A stretch of DNA of 64,000 nucleotides from the NCBI GenBank assembly GCA_963749905.1, contig CAVVOF010000003.1, forward strand, positions 642,806-706,805, given 5' to 3'. How positions within the stretch are numbered: position 1 is the first letter of the stretch; the number at the start of each line of letters is the position of its first letter. This DNA comes from an uncultured Actinomycetota bacterium (GTDB lineage: Bacteria; Actinomycetota; Actinomycetes; S36-B12). The notes beneath the pieces were generated by a model, which searched no databases, was not told the DNA's origin, and saw only the letters and a program-made list of their open reading frames with translations. Shown one piece after another: positions 20,982-32,360 of this stretch. The position numbers and the translations under genes are program-made.

Positions 20982-23900
20982 TCAGGTGTGGCGGGCCTGG
21001 TGCGCGAGGAGGTCCTCCAGCGTGCCGCGCATGAACTCCAGGGTGACCCGGTCGTCTGACAGGCCTGGCCCGCACTCGCCCTCGAGGGCCCTCGCTGGCT
21101 CGGCTACCAGGAGCCGCCACCCGGGCGCATCCAGCAGGGGGCTGGCCCTTGAGGTAGCCGAGAACCGCAGCCCCCTCGGCGTTCCGGCCGGTGGCCGCCA
21201 TCATCGTGACGAACTCGATGCAGTCCATCATGGCCGCCTGCATGTTGTCGCTGTCGAGAAGCTCGTCGATGTGGTCCCGGAGGATGCGAAAGGCTCGGTT
21301 CTGCTCGCCTCGTCGGAACGCGGCACGCGCCTTGAGCGGCTCGGACGGCGTGTGCGTCCGCGGAGGCAGTTCGATCTCGACCCCTTCAGAGAAGCAGGAG
21401 TCCGCCATCTCTGCGTCCTCTCGGAACAGTGCGGAGTAGCCGCGGAGCAGGAGCGCCCAGTTGAGGAAGGTGGGCGGACCCTGCTGACGGAACCGCTCGA
21501 GGAGCCTGTCCAGCTCGAGATCGGCCTCATCGAGCCTGCCAAGGTTGAGCCACGCAGTCGCCATGTTGATCTCCGCCCGCTGCGCAAGAAGGGCGTCGCC
21601 CCGATCCTGGAACTCGGACGCCGCGACAGGCGCCCACGTCGCCATCAGGTCGTAGTCCTCCGTCGCCACGGCGCGCGCGTGGTGCACAAGGGCGTCGTCG
21701 GGTTCGCCGTAGCGAGCCACCGAGTTCCTCGTAGGCGGCCGGATCCTGCGTCATGGAGTACCGGTGGGCGGCGGCGTACAAGCCGAGAACGCGACTGTCC
21801 TCATCCTCCGGCGGCGCCACGGCCAGCAGCCGCTCACCCCAATCCCCCAGTTCGTTCGCACTGCGAACGACGATCTCGGAGAGGATCGGCCACAGAAGGC
21901 TCCTCGCCAGCTCAAGGTGCCCGCTCGCACACGCCCAGTCGAAGGCCGCGCGGAGGTTGGGCCAGAGCTCCGCGAGTCGGGCAACCCCCTCGGCCTCCTG
22001 CCAGCCCTGCAACTGCCGGTGGATGCCGACGACCTCGCACCAGCACCAGCGAGCGTGCCGTTCGGCCAGCTGATCCACGGTCCCGGCGTCCGCGAGCCGC
22101 TCCTTGCCGAACTCCCGGACCGGCTCCAGCAGTCGGAAGCGTCTGCCCAGTGGGCCTGACTCGACCACCACCAGGGACTGCTCGGCGAGGCGACCCACGG
22201 CATTCGCCACGCCGTCGATGCCGTCCTCGCCGGCCACCCATTCTGCGGCGGCCAGGTCGAAAGGTCCGGTGAAGGCAGCGAGGCAACTGAACACCCTGCG
22301 CTCCTCGGGGGTCAGCAGGTCGTACGACCAGGAGATGGCTGACCACAAGGTGCGATGCCGTTCGGTGCCGCTGCGCCGAGAGCCGTCGAGGACGTGCATC
22401 CGTTGGTTGAGCCGTTGGCGCAAGTCGCCGATGTCCATGCTCGCCGCCCGCCCGGATGCGAGCTCGATGGCCAGCGGAATGCCGTCGAGTCGTTCGCAGA
22501 TCTCCACCACTGCTGCCTGCTGAGCCTCGAAATCGAACGACGAGTCGATCGCACCTGCCCGCTCTGCGAACAGCTGCGCGGCTGCGGCGGTCGGCAGTGG
22601 CGGCACAGTGATGACCCGCTCGCCCGTGATGCCGAGGCGCTCCCGCGACGTGGCCAGGATTCGGACGTCCGGACAGACCCCTCATCACGGTCGCCACGAG
22701 ATCCGCCACGGCGTCCACGACGTGCTCGCAGTTGTCCAGAATGAGCAGAGCACGTCTGGACCGCAGGTGCTCCACGATGCGATCAGTGAGGTCCGTGCCC
22801 TGTCGTTCCTTGACACCGAGGACCTCCGCCACGGCCCTCGGAACGTCGGTGGGGGCCTGCACGGTGGCCAGCTCGACCAGCCATCCGTCTCGTGGCGACA
22901 GCCGGCGCGCCACCGCCAAGGCAAGGCTCGTCTTCCCGATGCCGCCCATCCCGACCAGGGTCACGAGTCGGTACGACTCGAAGGCCGAGGTCAGCCCGGT
23001 CGGACTCCTCATCACGCCCCACCAAGCGATTGAGGCTGATCGGGGATGTTGCCGCGATGCCGGTCCTCTGCCGCCAATGGTGCGTACGTGCCGGCGCCGA
23101 TCTGCAGGATCCGGACCTCGGAGACCACGCCCTCGAGGGCCCAACGACCGAGGTCGACGTGCGTTCCCTCGATCAGCCCTGCTGTCGACTCCGATGCGAG
23201 GGTCTGACCACCGCTGCCGACAGCAGCCAGCCGCGACGCCACGTGGACGGCGGCGCCGAAGTAGGTCCCGTCATGCTGCTCCGCGTCTCCCGTGTGGATC
23301 CCGATGCGGAACCGAAGATCGCGACCCGCGACCTGGCATGCCTGCGCTCCGTGCACGTCAGCAGCCCAAGCCGTCGCCTGCACTGCGCTGGCGAACGCGA
23401 TCCCGTAGGAATCGCCAACGTGGGTGAACACCGTGCCGCCATGACGATCGGTGAGTTCACTGACTCGAGCATGATGGTCGACCATCTCCGTGGCCATCGC
23501 CGTCGCGTCTCGCGACCAATGGCCAGGCGCGTCCTCGACATCAACGAACGCGAAGGTGACGGTTCCGGTGGGTAGTGCCGGCTGTCTCCCGGTCGGCCGC
23601 ACGACAGTCGGGGAAAGGCCGGGGTCCTGCCGCAGGATGCGCCCGTGGAGGTCCTGCAACCGGCTCCCCGGTTCGACACCCAGGGCGTCGGCCAGCCGAT
23701 CACGTGCGACCCGATACGACGCCAGGGCATCAGCCTGCCGGCCGACCCGGTACAGCGCCGTCATGAGGAGTGCCCACAGGCCCTCTCGGAACGGATACGT
23801 CGTCGTCAACGAACTCAACTGAGCCACGCATGCGGCCGGGTCCGAGTCGACGCGCGACTCCAGGTCCTGTTCAACGGCGGCGAGCCACCGCTCGGTCAGC

Positions 23901-24334
23901 CGCACGCGCGCGAACTCGAGTCCCGGCGCCTCCAGCCCAGCAAAGGGTTCGCCGGCCCACTCGGAGACCGCGCCCTCGATGTCGCCCTCGTCGAGGCGGC
24001 GCTCGAAGCGGAACACGTCGACCGACTCGGGAGGCAGGGTCAGTCGGTAGGCACCGGGCGCGCGGTCGATGGAGCCTGAGCCAAGCGCCCCGCGCAGTCT
24101 GGCCAGATAGGACTGCAGGGTCCGCTCGGCAGTGCGGGGCGGATCCTCACCCCAGATCGCATCGATGAGGTGTGGGACTGGGGTCGGTGACCCGACGTTG
24201 AGCGCCAGGGCCGCGAGGGCGATCTGGCACTTGGCTGGGCCGACGTCCAGCACCGAGCCGTCCGCGCCCAGTGCCTGCACCCCGCCAAGCAACCGGATGC
24301 GGGCCACCGGAGAGGGCCCAGGTCCTTCGGCCAT
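20982..24334 (-). pseudogene. SARP(BTAD)-adenylate/guanylate cyclase-NB-ARC-TPR regulator, five frameshifts
   Basis: The domains read consecutively across four ORF-track frames plus two untracked stretches. BTAD: RIRLLGGVQALG...YRVGRQADALASYRVARDRLADALGVEPG. Cyclase: TVTFAFVDVED...RIGIHTGDAE. P-loop: LVTLVGMGGIGKTSLA, with LILDNCEHV. The TPR tail ends LEDLLAHQARHT*. Frame changes lie near 23017-23020, 22995-23000, 22678-22681, 21720-21724 and 21137-21141. The length is 3353 nt, which is 3n+5. Confidence 0.75.
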
Positions 24335-24493
24335 CGGTCCACGGTAACGCTCGCGGCGTGCCGCGGCGAGGCGATCGGGCCATTCCTTCGTGCGCCTCGC
24401 GACGGCGCAGGGCGAACACAACGAACGCTCGACAGCGGCACAACACGGCTGAGCCACGGTAGGGGAACCAACCACCAGCTGAGGAGATTCCAC

Positions 24494-25457
24494 ATGCAAG
24501 CCCTCGCCCACGACACCTACGGACCGCCCCAGAGCCTGCTCATGCGGGGCGAGCCCGACCCCTCGGTGGACGCCGACAGCGTCCTCATTCAGGTTCGCGC
24601 AGCAGGTGTGAACCGCGGCGACGCCCTCGCGGCAGAGGGCATCCCCTACGCCACACGGCTGACATCCGGACTCGTCCGACCCAAGAAGACTCGGCTCGGG
24701 GCGGACGTCTCCGGCATCGTCGCGGCCGTCGGGAACGCCGTCACCGATCTCAGGCCCGGCGACCCGGTGCTCGGCTGGGCCGACGGGGCCTTTGCCGAGC
24801 TCGCCGTCGCGCGACCGGAGATGCTGATCCGAAAGCCCGACGCGGTCACCTTCGAGCAGGCCGCGGCGATCCCCACCGCTGCGGTCACCGCCTGGCAAGC
24901 GCTGAAGAAGGCGCGGGACATCGCCGACCAGCGGGTCCTCGTCCTGGGCGCATCCGGCGGGGTCGGCACGTTCACCGTGCAGATCGCCAAGGCGCTCGGT
25001 GCCGACGTCACCGCGGTGGCCAGTTCACGCAACCTCGAGCTCCTTCGCTCCATCGGCGCGGACCACGTGCTCGACTACACCCGAGAGGACGTGACCGGGC
25101 GGGCCGCCGCGTTCGACGTGGTCATCGACCTCGTCGGCCGAGAGCCCCTGATGAGCGCTCGGCGGGCCCTCCGGCCCAAGGGCACCTTCGTGGTCGTGGG
25201 CGGACCGAACCCGCGGTCCCTCACCGGCGCGGGGCGGTTCGCGCGGGCGGCGCTGCTGTCCCCGCTGGTGCCCCAGCGGCTGCACGCCCCTGTTCGCCAC
25301 GCAGGATCGCGCCGCACTCAGGGACGTGATGAACCTCGTTGCTTCCGGGCAGGTCGTCCCCGTCATCGATGCCACGTACGACCTGCGCGACGCACCGGTC
25401 GCCCTGCAGTACGTCTCCGCGGGACATGCCCGTGGCCGCGTCGTCCTCACCGCCTAG
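24494..25457 (+). pseudogene. zinc-type alcohol dehydrogenase / quinone oxidoreductase (MDR family), frameshifted
   Basis: VLVLGASGGVGTFTVQIAKALGADV Rossmann motif. After a C4 run at 25287-25290 the sequence continues in the +1 frame as PLFATQDRAALRDVMNLVASGQVVPVIDATYDLRDAPVALQYVSAGHARGRVVLTA*. Confidence 0.8.
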
Positions 25458-25505
25458 ATCACTCCCCGCACTCCCCACATCCCATCCCCGAGAAGGAGCA
25501 GCACG

Positions 25506-26295
25506 ATGCACACGTCTACTCAACCCGGTACCTCATCCGACGCCTCAGCTCGCACAGCCAGTCCGACAGGCAGGGACCAGGCTGCGACGACTCACCCGGT
25601 TCGCAGGCGTCCTGTATCTGGCCATCTTCGTCATCTATCCGCTGGCGACCATGGTCAGGTCGATGCTCGTCGTTCCAGGCGACGCGGCCACCACCGCCGC
25701 GAACATCGCGGACAGCGAGGCCCTGTTCCGCTGGGGCCTGGCCGGTGAGGCCACCATCGTCGTGATCGAGATCGTCCTGGCGGGACTGCTGTACGCCCTC
25801 TTCCGACCCGTGAGCCGGGCCGTATCGATGGCCGCCGCGCTGGCCCGGGCGGGCGAGGGCGTGGTCATGGCGGCCGGCAACCTCGTCACCGGCGTGCTGA
25901 CCCTCGTCATGGTCGGCGGCGCCGGCTACCTCACCGCCTTCGGGATCGAGCAGCGCGACGCCCTCGCGCTCGCATACCAGGAAGCCAATGACAGCATCGT
26001 GCTGCTCTGGGGCCTGTTCTTCGGCATCCACCTGGTGCTGCTCGGCTGGCTCGTCGTCAAGTCGGGGTTCTTCCCTCGCGTGATCGGCGTGCTCCTGTTC
26101 CTCGCCGGTATCGGCTACCTCGCGCAGAGCTTCGGCGTCCTGGTCGCACCAGGACTCGCGGGGGGCTTCGAGATCGTGGTCCTGATCCTGGCCGTGCCGG
26201 GCGAACTCGCGTTCGCAGCGTGGCTCCTCATCAAGGGCGTCAACGTCGACGCGTGGATGCGGCGCGCGGCCGCGTCCCGCGACTCGCAGCTGTGA
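25506..26295 (+). pseudogene. DUF4386 membrane protein, frameshifted near 25573-25575
   Basis: An ATG with GAAGGAG RBS opens frame 0. The conserved body (RLTRFAGVLYLAIFVIYPLA...) is in frame +1. The length is 790 nt, which is 3n+1. Confidence 0.7.
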
Positions 26296-26305
26296 GGGCG
26301 CACTG

Positions 26306-27732
26306 ATGGCGAGAATGCTGGCCTTCGCCCGCACGCTGGCTGCCCTGGTGGCGGTAGCCAGCGTGGCGGTCCTCGGCTTGGCGCTGCATGCAGCGGCGGC
26401 GCTCCTCAGCTTCCCGGTGGGTGGCGTCATCACCGAGGAAGGCCAGTGGGGCACCTCAGCCACATCTCTCGTCCCACCTGACCGTCAGTGGGTCGGAATG
26501 CGCCGGCTGCCGGCCGAGGGCAACGGGCCCGGGCTCACCGTCTGGTATCCGTCCATGGCTCCGCATCCTGATGCTGCAGGCAGGCTGAGAGCCGGGGTGC
26601 GATACGCGTACGGCATCGCCGCACTGTCGCCGGGAACAACGACGACGCTGGCCAGCTATGGGGGCCGGGCCATCCCCGGAGGGCCGGCCGACGCCGCCTC
26701 GGAGCCGTATCCCGTTGTCGTTCTGTCACCGGGCTTCGCGATCGGCTCTGCCAGCTACGGATGGCTGGCCGAGCACCTCGCCTCGCACGGATTCGTCGTC
26801 GCCGCCGTGCAGCACCTCGAGTCACTGGATCCCACGACTCTCTGGATGGCGACAGCCGACCGACCGAGGGACGTATCCGACGCCTTGGATCGGATCGCGG
26901 AGGAGGCGATGCCCAGCGGACTGCTGGCCGGACTGGTGGACCTCGAACGGGTGGGCGTGCTCGGGCACAGCTTCGGAGGCTATGCCGCACTTGCGGCGGG
27001 GGAGCGCACCTGAACACAGCGGAGCTGCTCGAGGCATGCGCGTCCGACGGCGCCCCTGACGGACCGCTGACACTGCAATGTGACGGGATGACCCCCTACC
27101 TCGCTGAGCTCGCGCAACGCTGGGGACTCTCTGAGGTTCCCGCTGGTGCCTGGCCGTCACGAGCGGATTCGCGGGTCGACGCCGTCGTGGCCCTGGCCGC
27201 AGACGCTGTCATGTTCGGAGCGGAGGGCCTTGCGAGTCTCGACGTCCCCCTGCTGGCGATCGGAGGCACGGCCGACGCCGATGCCCCCTTCCAGTGGGGA
27301 ACCCGGGCGGCCTTCGAGCACGCGTCGAGCGACCGCAAGGCCGAAGTGTCACTCGTCGGTGCCGAGCACCTGGTGTTCGCCGGAGGTTGCGAAACGCCGC
27401 GGCTCGCGCTCTCCCTGATCGGCACTCCCTTCTGCTCCGATCCTGCCTGGGGCAGCGTCGCGGCCCACGAGGTCATCGCCCGTTACACGACGGCCTTTCT
27501 GCGCGCAGAATTGACGGGCGACACCAGCGCGCGCACACGTCTTGGCCCCCATTCGGAGCCGCTGAACCCATCGGTGGCGGATGCAGGGGAACGAGTCGCA
27601 TACGGACGTCACCGGTGGCAAGGACGAGCTGACCAACCGGGTCTCCGAGATCGTCGACATCGCCCCCGCCAACCCGCCCGGACAAGGCTGGGAGTACTCG
27701 AATCGTCAACTACCAGATCCTCGGCCGCCTGA
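26306..27732 (+). pseudogene. alpha/beta hydrolase (PAF-acetylhydrolase/dienelactone hydrolase-like), frameshifted; 3' end uncertain
   Basis: Signal/TM N-terminus and nucleophile elbow GVLGHSFGGYAALAAG. The frame changes by -1 inside a G5 run at 26998-27002 and continues AHLNTAELLEAC...VSLVGAEHLVFAG. Beyond about 27560 the ORF overlaps the serine-hydrolase remnant. Confidence 0.65.
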
Positions 27733-28587
27733 TCGAGGTCGTGAGCGGGCAGGACTACCAGGCGTACGTCGACGGCCAACATCCTCGAGCCGGTGGGCAT
27801 GAAGAACAGCTTCGTCTCCGACGGCGAGGTCCATGAGTCGATGGCGACCGGGCACACGTCCTGGTTCACCACCAAGCGAGCGTTGGCCGAGAACGCGACC
27901 GACCGCGGAACGGCGCCGCAGGGCGGCATCGTCGCGAGCGCGACGGATCTGGCGCGGTACATGGCAATGATGATGAACGGCGAGGACGACGTGCTGAGCG
28001 CCGAGGGCAAGGCGATGATGATGCGCCCGGCGAGCGCGGCATCGCCCTCCTACGGCTTCGGCTGGTTCCTTGAGCCCGACGGGGGCGTGTGGCACACCGG
28101 GACGAGCCCGGGCTTCGAGTCGCTGGCATGGATGTTCCCCGCACAGGACAAGGGAGCCGTCGTCCTCGTCAACGGTGGCAGCGGCGTCGGCTTCGGCGAG
28201 ACGACCGAGCTTCGCACCGGCATCGCCGCCGTGGCGTTGGGCGTCGACTACGACGGCGAGGGCTCCCGTTGGACCCAGAAGGCGCTGTTCATCGGCCTGG
28301 TCCTCCTGCCCTTCGTCTACCTGCTCAGCATGGTCTGGGCATGGCGTCACCGCGCCGCCATCCGCGCCAAGTCAGGTCCCGCCGGCCTGTTCAGCCTGTG
28401 GTTCCCGCTGCTCACCACCCTTGCCGCGGCGTGGGTGATCCTCGTCCTGGTGCCGAGCATGTTCGGTGCACCGCTGGCCACCGTCCGGCTGTTCCAGCCC
28501 GACCTCGTTCTGGTGCTCGTCGCATCGGCGGTGACCGGCGTGCTGTGGGCCGTGTTCAGGCTCGCGGTGGCCTACACGAGAAGGTGA
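27581..28587 (+). pseudogene. serine hydrolase (beta-lactamase/PBP4* family) remnant, N-terminally truncated and frameshifted
   Basis: It starts around the Y-S-N motif (GQGWEYSN), with no SxxK region upstream. Two +1 shifts lie near 27704 and 27778. The intact C-terminal 264 aa (27793-28587) has GFGWF...HTGTSPGF and C-terminal TM helices. Confidence 0.65.
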
Positions 28588-28739
28588 GGGCGGCCGCGGT
28601 GGAGTCGCGTCCCGCTAACAGCACATGTCCAGCAGGTTAAATTGAACAATTCTTGACTCGATTGCATCCATGGGCCCCTCTGCCCCGGAAGTGTTGAGTG
28701 AGAGCCCCTCACCACACCACCGACCTATGGAGACCCACG

Positions 28740-29339
28740 ATGAAGAAGATCACGATCGCCGCGGTCGCCGCGGCCGCGGTATTGACCCTCGCCGCCTGCA
28801 GCAGCTCTAGCGACGAGTCCAGCGCGGCAGCCGAGGCCCCCGCCGCGTCGTCCGCCGCCGCCGAGGAGTCGGCGATGGAAGAAGAAGGCGAAATGGCGGA
28901 GGAGCCGGCCGGCGACATCGTCGAGATCGCCAGCGGGACCGACGGGTTCGCCACCCTGACCGCCGCTGTGACGGCAGCCGGACTGGTCGAGACCCTGCAG
29001 GGTGAAGGTCCGTTCACCGTCTTCGCGCCCACGGACGATGCCTTCGCGGCCCTGCCCGCCGGTGTCCTCGACGCGCTCCTGCTGCCCGAGAACAAGGACG
29101 TCCTGACCCAGATCCTCACCTACCACGCGGTGGCCGGCAACGTGATGGCTGCGGACGTGACTGACGGCGACGTGCCGACGGTCGAGGGCCAGACGGTCAC
29201 GCTGTCCACCGCCGACGGGGTCACCGTCAACGGCGCCAACGTGATCCAGGCCGACATCGTCGCCTCGAACGGCGTCATCCACGTCATCGATGCGGTGCTG
29301 CTGCCGCCGGACGTCGACGTCGACGCGCTGCTCGGCTAG
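28740..29339 (+). CDS. fasciclin (FAS1) domain lipoprotein
   Basis: Lipobox [23 protein letters not shown]1 motifs [11 protein letters not shown] and [13 protein letters not shown]. Confidence 0.9.
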   Translation: MKKITIAAVAAAAVLTLAACSSSSDESSAAAEAPAASSAAAEESAMEEEGEMAEEPAGDIVEIASGTDGFATLTAAVTAAGLVETLQGEGPFTVFAPTDDAFAALPAGVLDALLLPENKDVLTQILTYHAVAGNVMAADVTDGDVPTVEGQTVTLSTADGVTVNGANVIQADIVASNGVIHVIDAVLLPPDVDVDALLG

Positions 29340-29349
29340 GACCAACGCG

Positions 29350-29410
29350 CCGAGACCTGCTGGTACCCACACCAACGCACGTGGTTGGGGTAGGTGCCAG
29401 CAGGTCTCGG
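29350..29410 (+). repeat. 61-nt imperfect palindromic repeat, copy 1
   Basis: CCGAGACCTGCTGGTACCCACACCAAC-GCACGT-GGTTGGGGTAGGTGCCAGCAGGTCTCGG. Starts 10 nt after the fasciclin stop and ends 49 nt before the ATG at 29460. Confidence 0.9.
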
Positions 29411-29459
29411 CCGTTTTGGCGTTAACGGGTCCGTAACGGGGGCCGACTAGCGTCGCCGG

Positions 29460-31289
29460 ATGCACCCGGCGGCCCCGAATCCGATCATTCGGCTCCTCGA
29501 CGAGGTGTACGCCGAGGTGCAGGGCCTCGACGGCGGCGAGGTCGCGACGTACATCCCGGAGCTGGCGAAGGCCGACCCGTCCGTCTGCGGGCTCGCCGTC
29601 GCCACGCTCGACGGCCACGTCTACACCGCGGGCGATCTCGTCCCCTTCACCATCCAGTCGGTGTCCAAGCCGTTCGTCTACGCGCTCGCGCTCGCCGACA
29701 GCGGCCCGGAGGCCGTGCTCGCCAAGGTCGGCGCCGAGCCGACCGGCGACCCGTTCAACACCATCAGCCTCGACGACGTCACCATTCGCGCGCACAATCC
29801 GATGGTCAACGCGGGCGCCATCGTCACGACGAGCCTGGTCGCCGGCGCGACGCGCGAGGAGCAGTTCGAGCGGCTGCTGAGCGGGCTGTCCGCCTTCGCG
29901 GGCCGCGCGCTCACCGTCGATGAGAGCGTCTTCCAGTCGGAGAGCTCCACGGGCGACCGCAACCGGGCCATCGCCTACCTCATGCGCTCGGCCGGCCTGC
30001 TGGACGAGGACGTCGAGCAGCAGATCGCCAACTACTTCCGGCAGTGCTCCGTCGTCGTCACCGCCCGGGACCTCGCGGTGATGACGGCGACCCTCGCGAA
30101 CGCCGGCGTCAACCCGCTGACCGGCGTCGAGGTCATCCCTCGCGACGTCGTCGCCTCCGTCCTCACCGTCATGGCGACGTGTGGCATGTACGACTACTCC
30201 GGCGAGTGGCTCTACCGGGTGGGCCTGCCCGCCAAGAGCGGGGTGAGCGGTGCGGTCGGCGCCGTCCTGCCCGGGCAGCTGGGACTCGCGGCCCACAGCC
30301 CGCGACTGGATCCGCAGGGCAACAGCGTGCGCGGCGTCACCGCCTGCGAGCTCATCTCCGAGCGACTCGGGCTGCACCTGCTCCTGCCGGGCGAGCGGGT
30401 CCGCTCGAGCCTGCGACGCACCTACCGCGGCGACACCGTCCGCTCGCGGCGCCTGCGAAACCAGGCCCAGCGCGCGGTCCTCGACACCCACGGAGCCGAG
30501 ATCGTCGCCTACGAGCTCGGCGGCGACGAGGCGTTCGCGGCCGTCGAGCCGCTGGTGCGCGTCGTGCTCGAGGACGACCAGGCTCGCTGGGTGGTGATCG
30601 ACATGCGGCGGGTGACCCGCATCGACCGGGCCGCCCTCGCGCTCATGGACGGGCTCATCGCGCAGCTGGCCAGTGATGGCAGCGTCGTCGCCATCGTCGA
30701 GCCCCGGGCGCAGAGTCCCCGGGTGGCCGTGCGCGACCTCGCTCCGCGATGCCCGCGGTTCTCCGACGCGGACGGCGCCCTCGAGTGGGCCGAGACGCAG
30801 TTGCTGCACGAGCACGGGCTTGACGACGCGCTGCCGGAGGAGCTCGTGCCACTCGCCGAGCAGGATCTCCTGCGGGGACTGCCCCAGGAGATCGTCACCG
30901 CGATCGAGGACCGCGTCATGACCAAGGTCTTCCACGCCGGGACCGTGGTGTTCGAGGAGGGTGACGAGTCCGACGGGCTGTACTTCGTCGGCGCGGGTCA
31001 GGTCGCCGCCGACGTGCGGCTCGCCGGCCGCGGCGGGCGCAGGCGACTGAGCACCATCGCCAGCGGAGCGGTCTTCGGCGAGCTGGCCCTCGTCGACGGT
31101 CGACCGCGGTCGACCCGGATCGTCGCGATCGAGCCCACCATCTGCTTCGTGCTCTCCCCCGAGGCGTTCCGCGAGCTGTGGGACACGGCCCCCGAGGCCT
31201 GCGCCAGCCTGGCGATGGCCATCGCTCGCAGCCTCTCCGAGCGCCTGCGCTACTCCACTGCCGACGTCGCCGCCCTCGAGCAGGTCTGA
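29460..31289 (+). CDS. glsA: glutaminase A fused to STAS and cyclic-nucleotide-binding domains
   Basis: Glutaminase core FTIQSVSKPFVYALAL...NPMVNAGAI...VSGAVGAVLPGQLGLAAHSPRLD. Then a STAS-like segment (RWVVIDMRRVTRIDRAALALM) and a cNMP domain (FGELALVDGRPRSTRIVA). Confidence 0.9.
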   Translation: MHPAAPNPIIRLLDEVYAEVQGLDGGEVATYIPELAKADPSVCGLAVATLDGHVYTAGDLVPFTIQSVSKPFVYALALADSGPEAVLAKVGAEPTGDPFNTISLDDVTIRAHNPMVNAGAIVTTSLVAGATREEQFERLLSGLSAFAGRALTVDESVFQSESSTGDRNRAIAYLMRSAGLLDEDVEQQIANYFRQCSVVVTARDLAVMTATLANAGVNPLTGVEVIPRDVVASVLTVMATCGMYDYSGEWLYRVGLPAKSGVSGAVGAVLPGQLGLAAHSPRLDPQGNSVRGVTACELISERLGLHLLLPGERVRSSLRRTYRGDTVRSRRLRNQAQRAVLDTHGAEIVAYELGGDEAFAAVEPLVRVVLEDDQARWVVIDMRRVTRIDRAALALMDGLIAQLASDGSVVAIVEPRAQSPRVAVRDLAPRCPRFSDADGALEWAETQLLHEHGLDDALPEELVPLAEQDLLRGLPQEIVTAIEDRVMTKVFHAGTVVFEEGDESDGLYFVGAGQVAADVRLAGRGGRRRLSTIASGAVFGELALVDGRPRSTRIVAIEPTICFVLSPEAFRELWDTAPEACASLAMAIARSLSERLRYSTADVAALEQV

Positions 31290-31366
31290 GGGGGTTCGTT
31301 CGGGTAGACCTCGGGACGGCCTCGGCAGAGAATGACCCGACCGAACCGACCGAGAGGAACTGCGCC

Positions 31367-32035
31367 ATGGACAAGGACCTCGTCGACCAGGTGATCGACG
31401 CCGCGCAACGTGTCGTCGCAAGCGGCGCCATCTCGGCGAACGGTCACGGCAACATCAGCATCCGGGTCCCGGGGGCCGAGGAGATGTACTTCACGGCGGC
31501 GCCCTCGTTGCGTGATCATCCCCGGTCCGCCGTCGTCCGAGTCGGCCTCGACGGCACTCTGCTGGAAGGGGACCTGCCACCTATCCAAGGCGCCGTGGTG
31601 GCCATGCACACGGCGATGTACGCCGACAACGCCGAGGTCGGCTGCGTCCTGCATACGCACTCGCCGTATGCCACGGCGTTCGCCGTCGCTCATCGGCCGA
31701 TCGGCTGCTGGAACGAGGCGCTGGCCATGTTCGGGCTTCCCTCCGGGGTGCCGGTCGCGGGCTACGGTCCCCGCGGATCCGACGAGGCGGTCGCGAACAT
31801 CCGCGCCGCGGTCGTGCCCGGAGTGCCGGCGGTCCTGCTCGCTAACCACGGCGTCCTCGTCTTCCACAAGAACCCGGACCTCGCGATCGTCGTCGGCGGC
31901 GTCGTCGAGGAGGCGGCGCAGGCGGGCATCAACGCCGCGGCCATCGGTGGGCCGGTGGACATCCCCGAATCCATGAGGGCCGCGGCACTGCAGCGGGCCA
32001 TGACCTTCGACGCGGCGGGCACGAGGCACGCCTAG
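31367..32035 (+). CDS. class II aldolase/adducin-family protein
   Basis: NGHGNISIRV, CVLHTHSPYATAFA and LLANHGVLVF motifs. RBS GAGAGGA. Confidence 0.85.
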   Translation: MDKDLVDQVIDAAQRVVASGAISANGHGNISIRVPGAEEMYFTAAPSLRDHPRSAVVRVGLDGTLLEGDLPPIQGAVVAMHTAMYADNAEVGCVLHTHSPYATAFAVAHRPIGCWNEALAMFGLPSGVPVAGYGPRGSDEAVANIRAAVVPGVPAVLLANHGVLVFHKNPDLAIVVGGVVEEAAQAGINAAAIGGPVDIPESMRAAALQRAMTFDAAGTRHA

Positions 32036-32142
32036 CTGCTCCGGGGTCCCCGCCGTTCCCTGCACCGATCAATCGGCCGCGACCGGTGTACTCGCTCGCG
32101 GATCGGGTCCATGATGGAGAAGGTCCAACGAGAGGAATGCGC

Positions 32143-32349
32143 ATGAGCGTCTACCGAGTGGTCGATGTCATCGGCACGAGCGAAACATCCTGGGAGGACG
32201 CGGCCGCTGAGGCGATCGCCACCGCGTCAGGGTCCCTGCGGGACATCCGGATCGCGGAGGTCGCCAAGCAGGACGTCGTGATCGCGGACGGCGGGACGCT
32301 GCTCTACCGCACCCGGCTGCAGCTGTCGTTCAAGTACGAGGCCGAGTAG
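32143..32349 (+). CDS. dodecin-family flavin-binding protein
   Basis: 68 aa: MSVYRVVDVIGTSETSWEDAAAEAIATASGSLRDIRIAEV... is the dodecin pattern. Confidence 0.85.
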   Translation: MSVYRVVDVIGTSETSWEDAAAEAIATASGSLRDIRIAEVAKQDVVIADGGTLLYRTRLQLSFKYEAE

Positions 32350-32360
32350 CCCTCCCCGCA

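Noticed and set aside
28725-31421. Very long antisense ORFs: 898 aa at 28725-31421 (-), 908 aa at 52050-54776 (+), 512 aa at 18044-19582 (+), 599 aa at 32395-34194 (-), and others.
   Set aside because: They lie opposite strongly supported genes (glutaminase, molybdoenzyme, FtsX permease, helicase). They are Arg/Gly/Pro/Asp-rich and show no family motifs. These are typical shadow ORFs of high-GC DNA.
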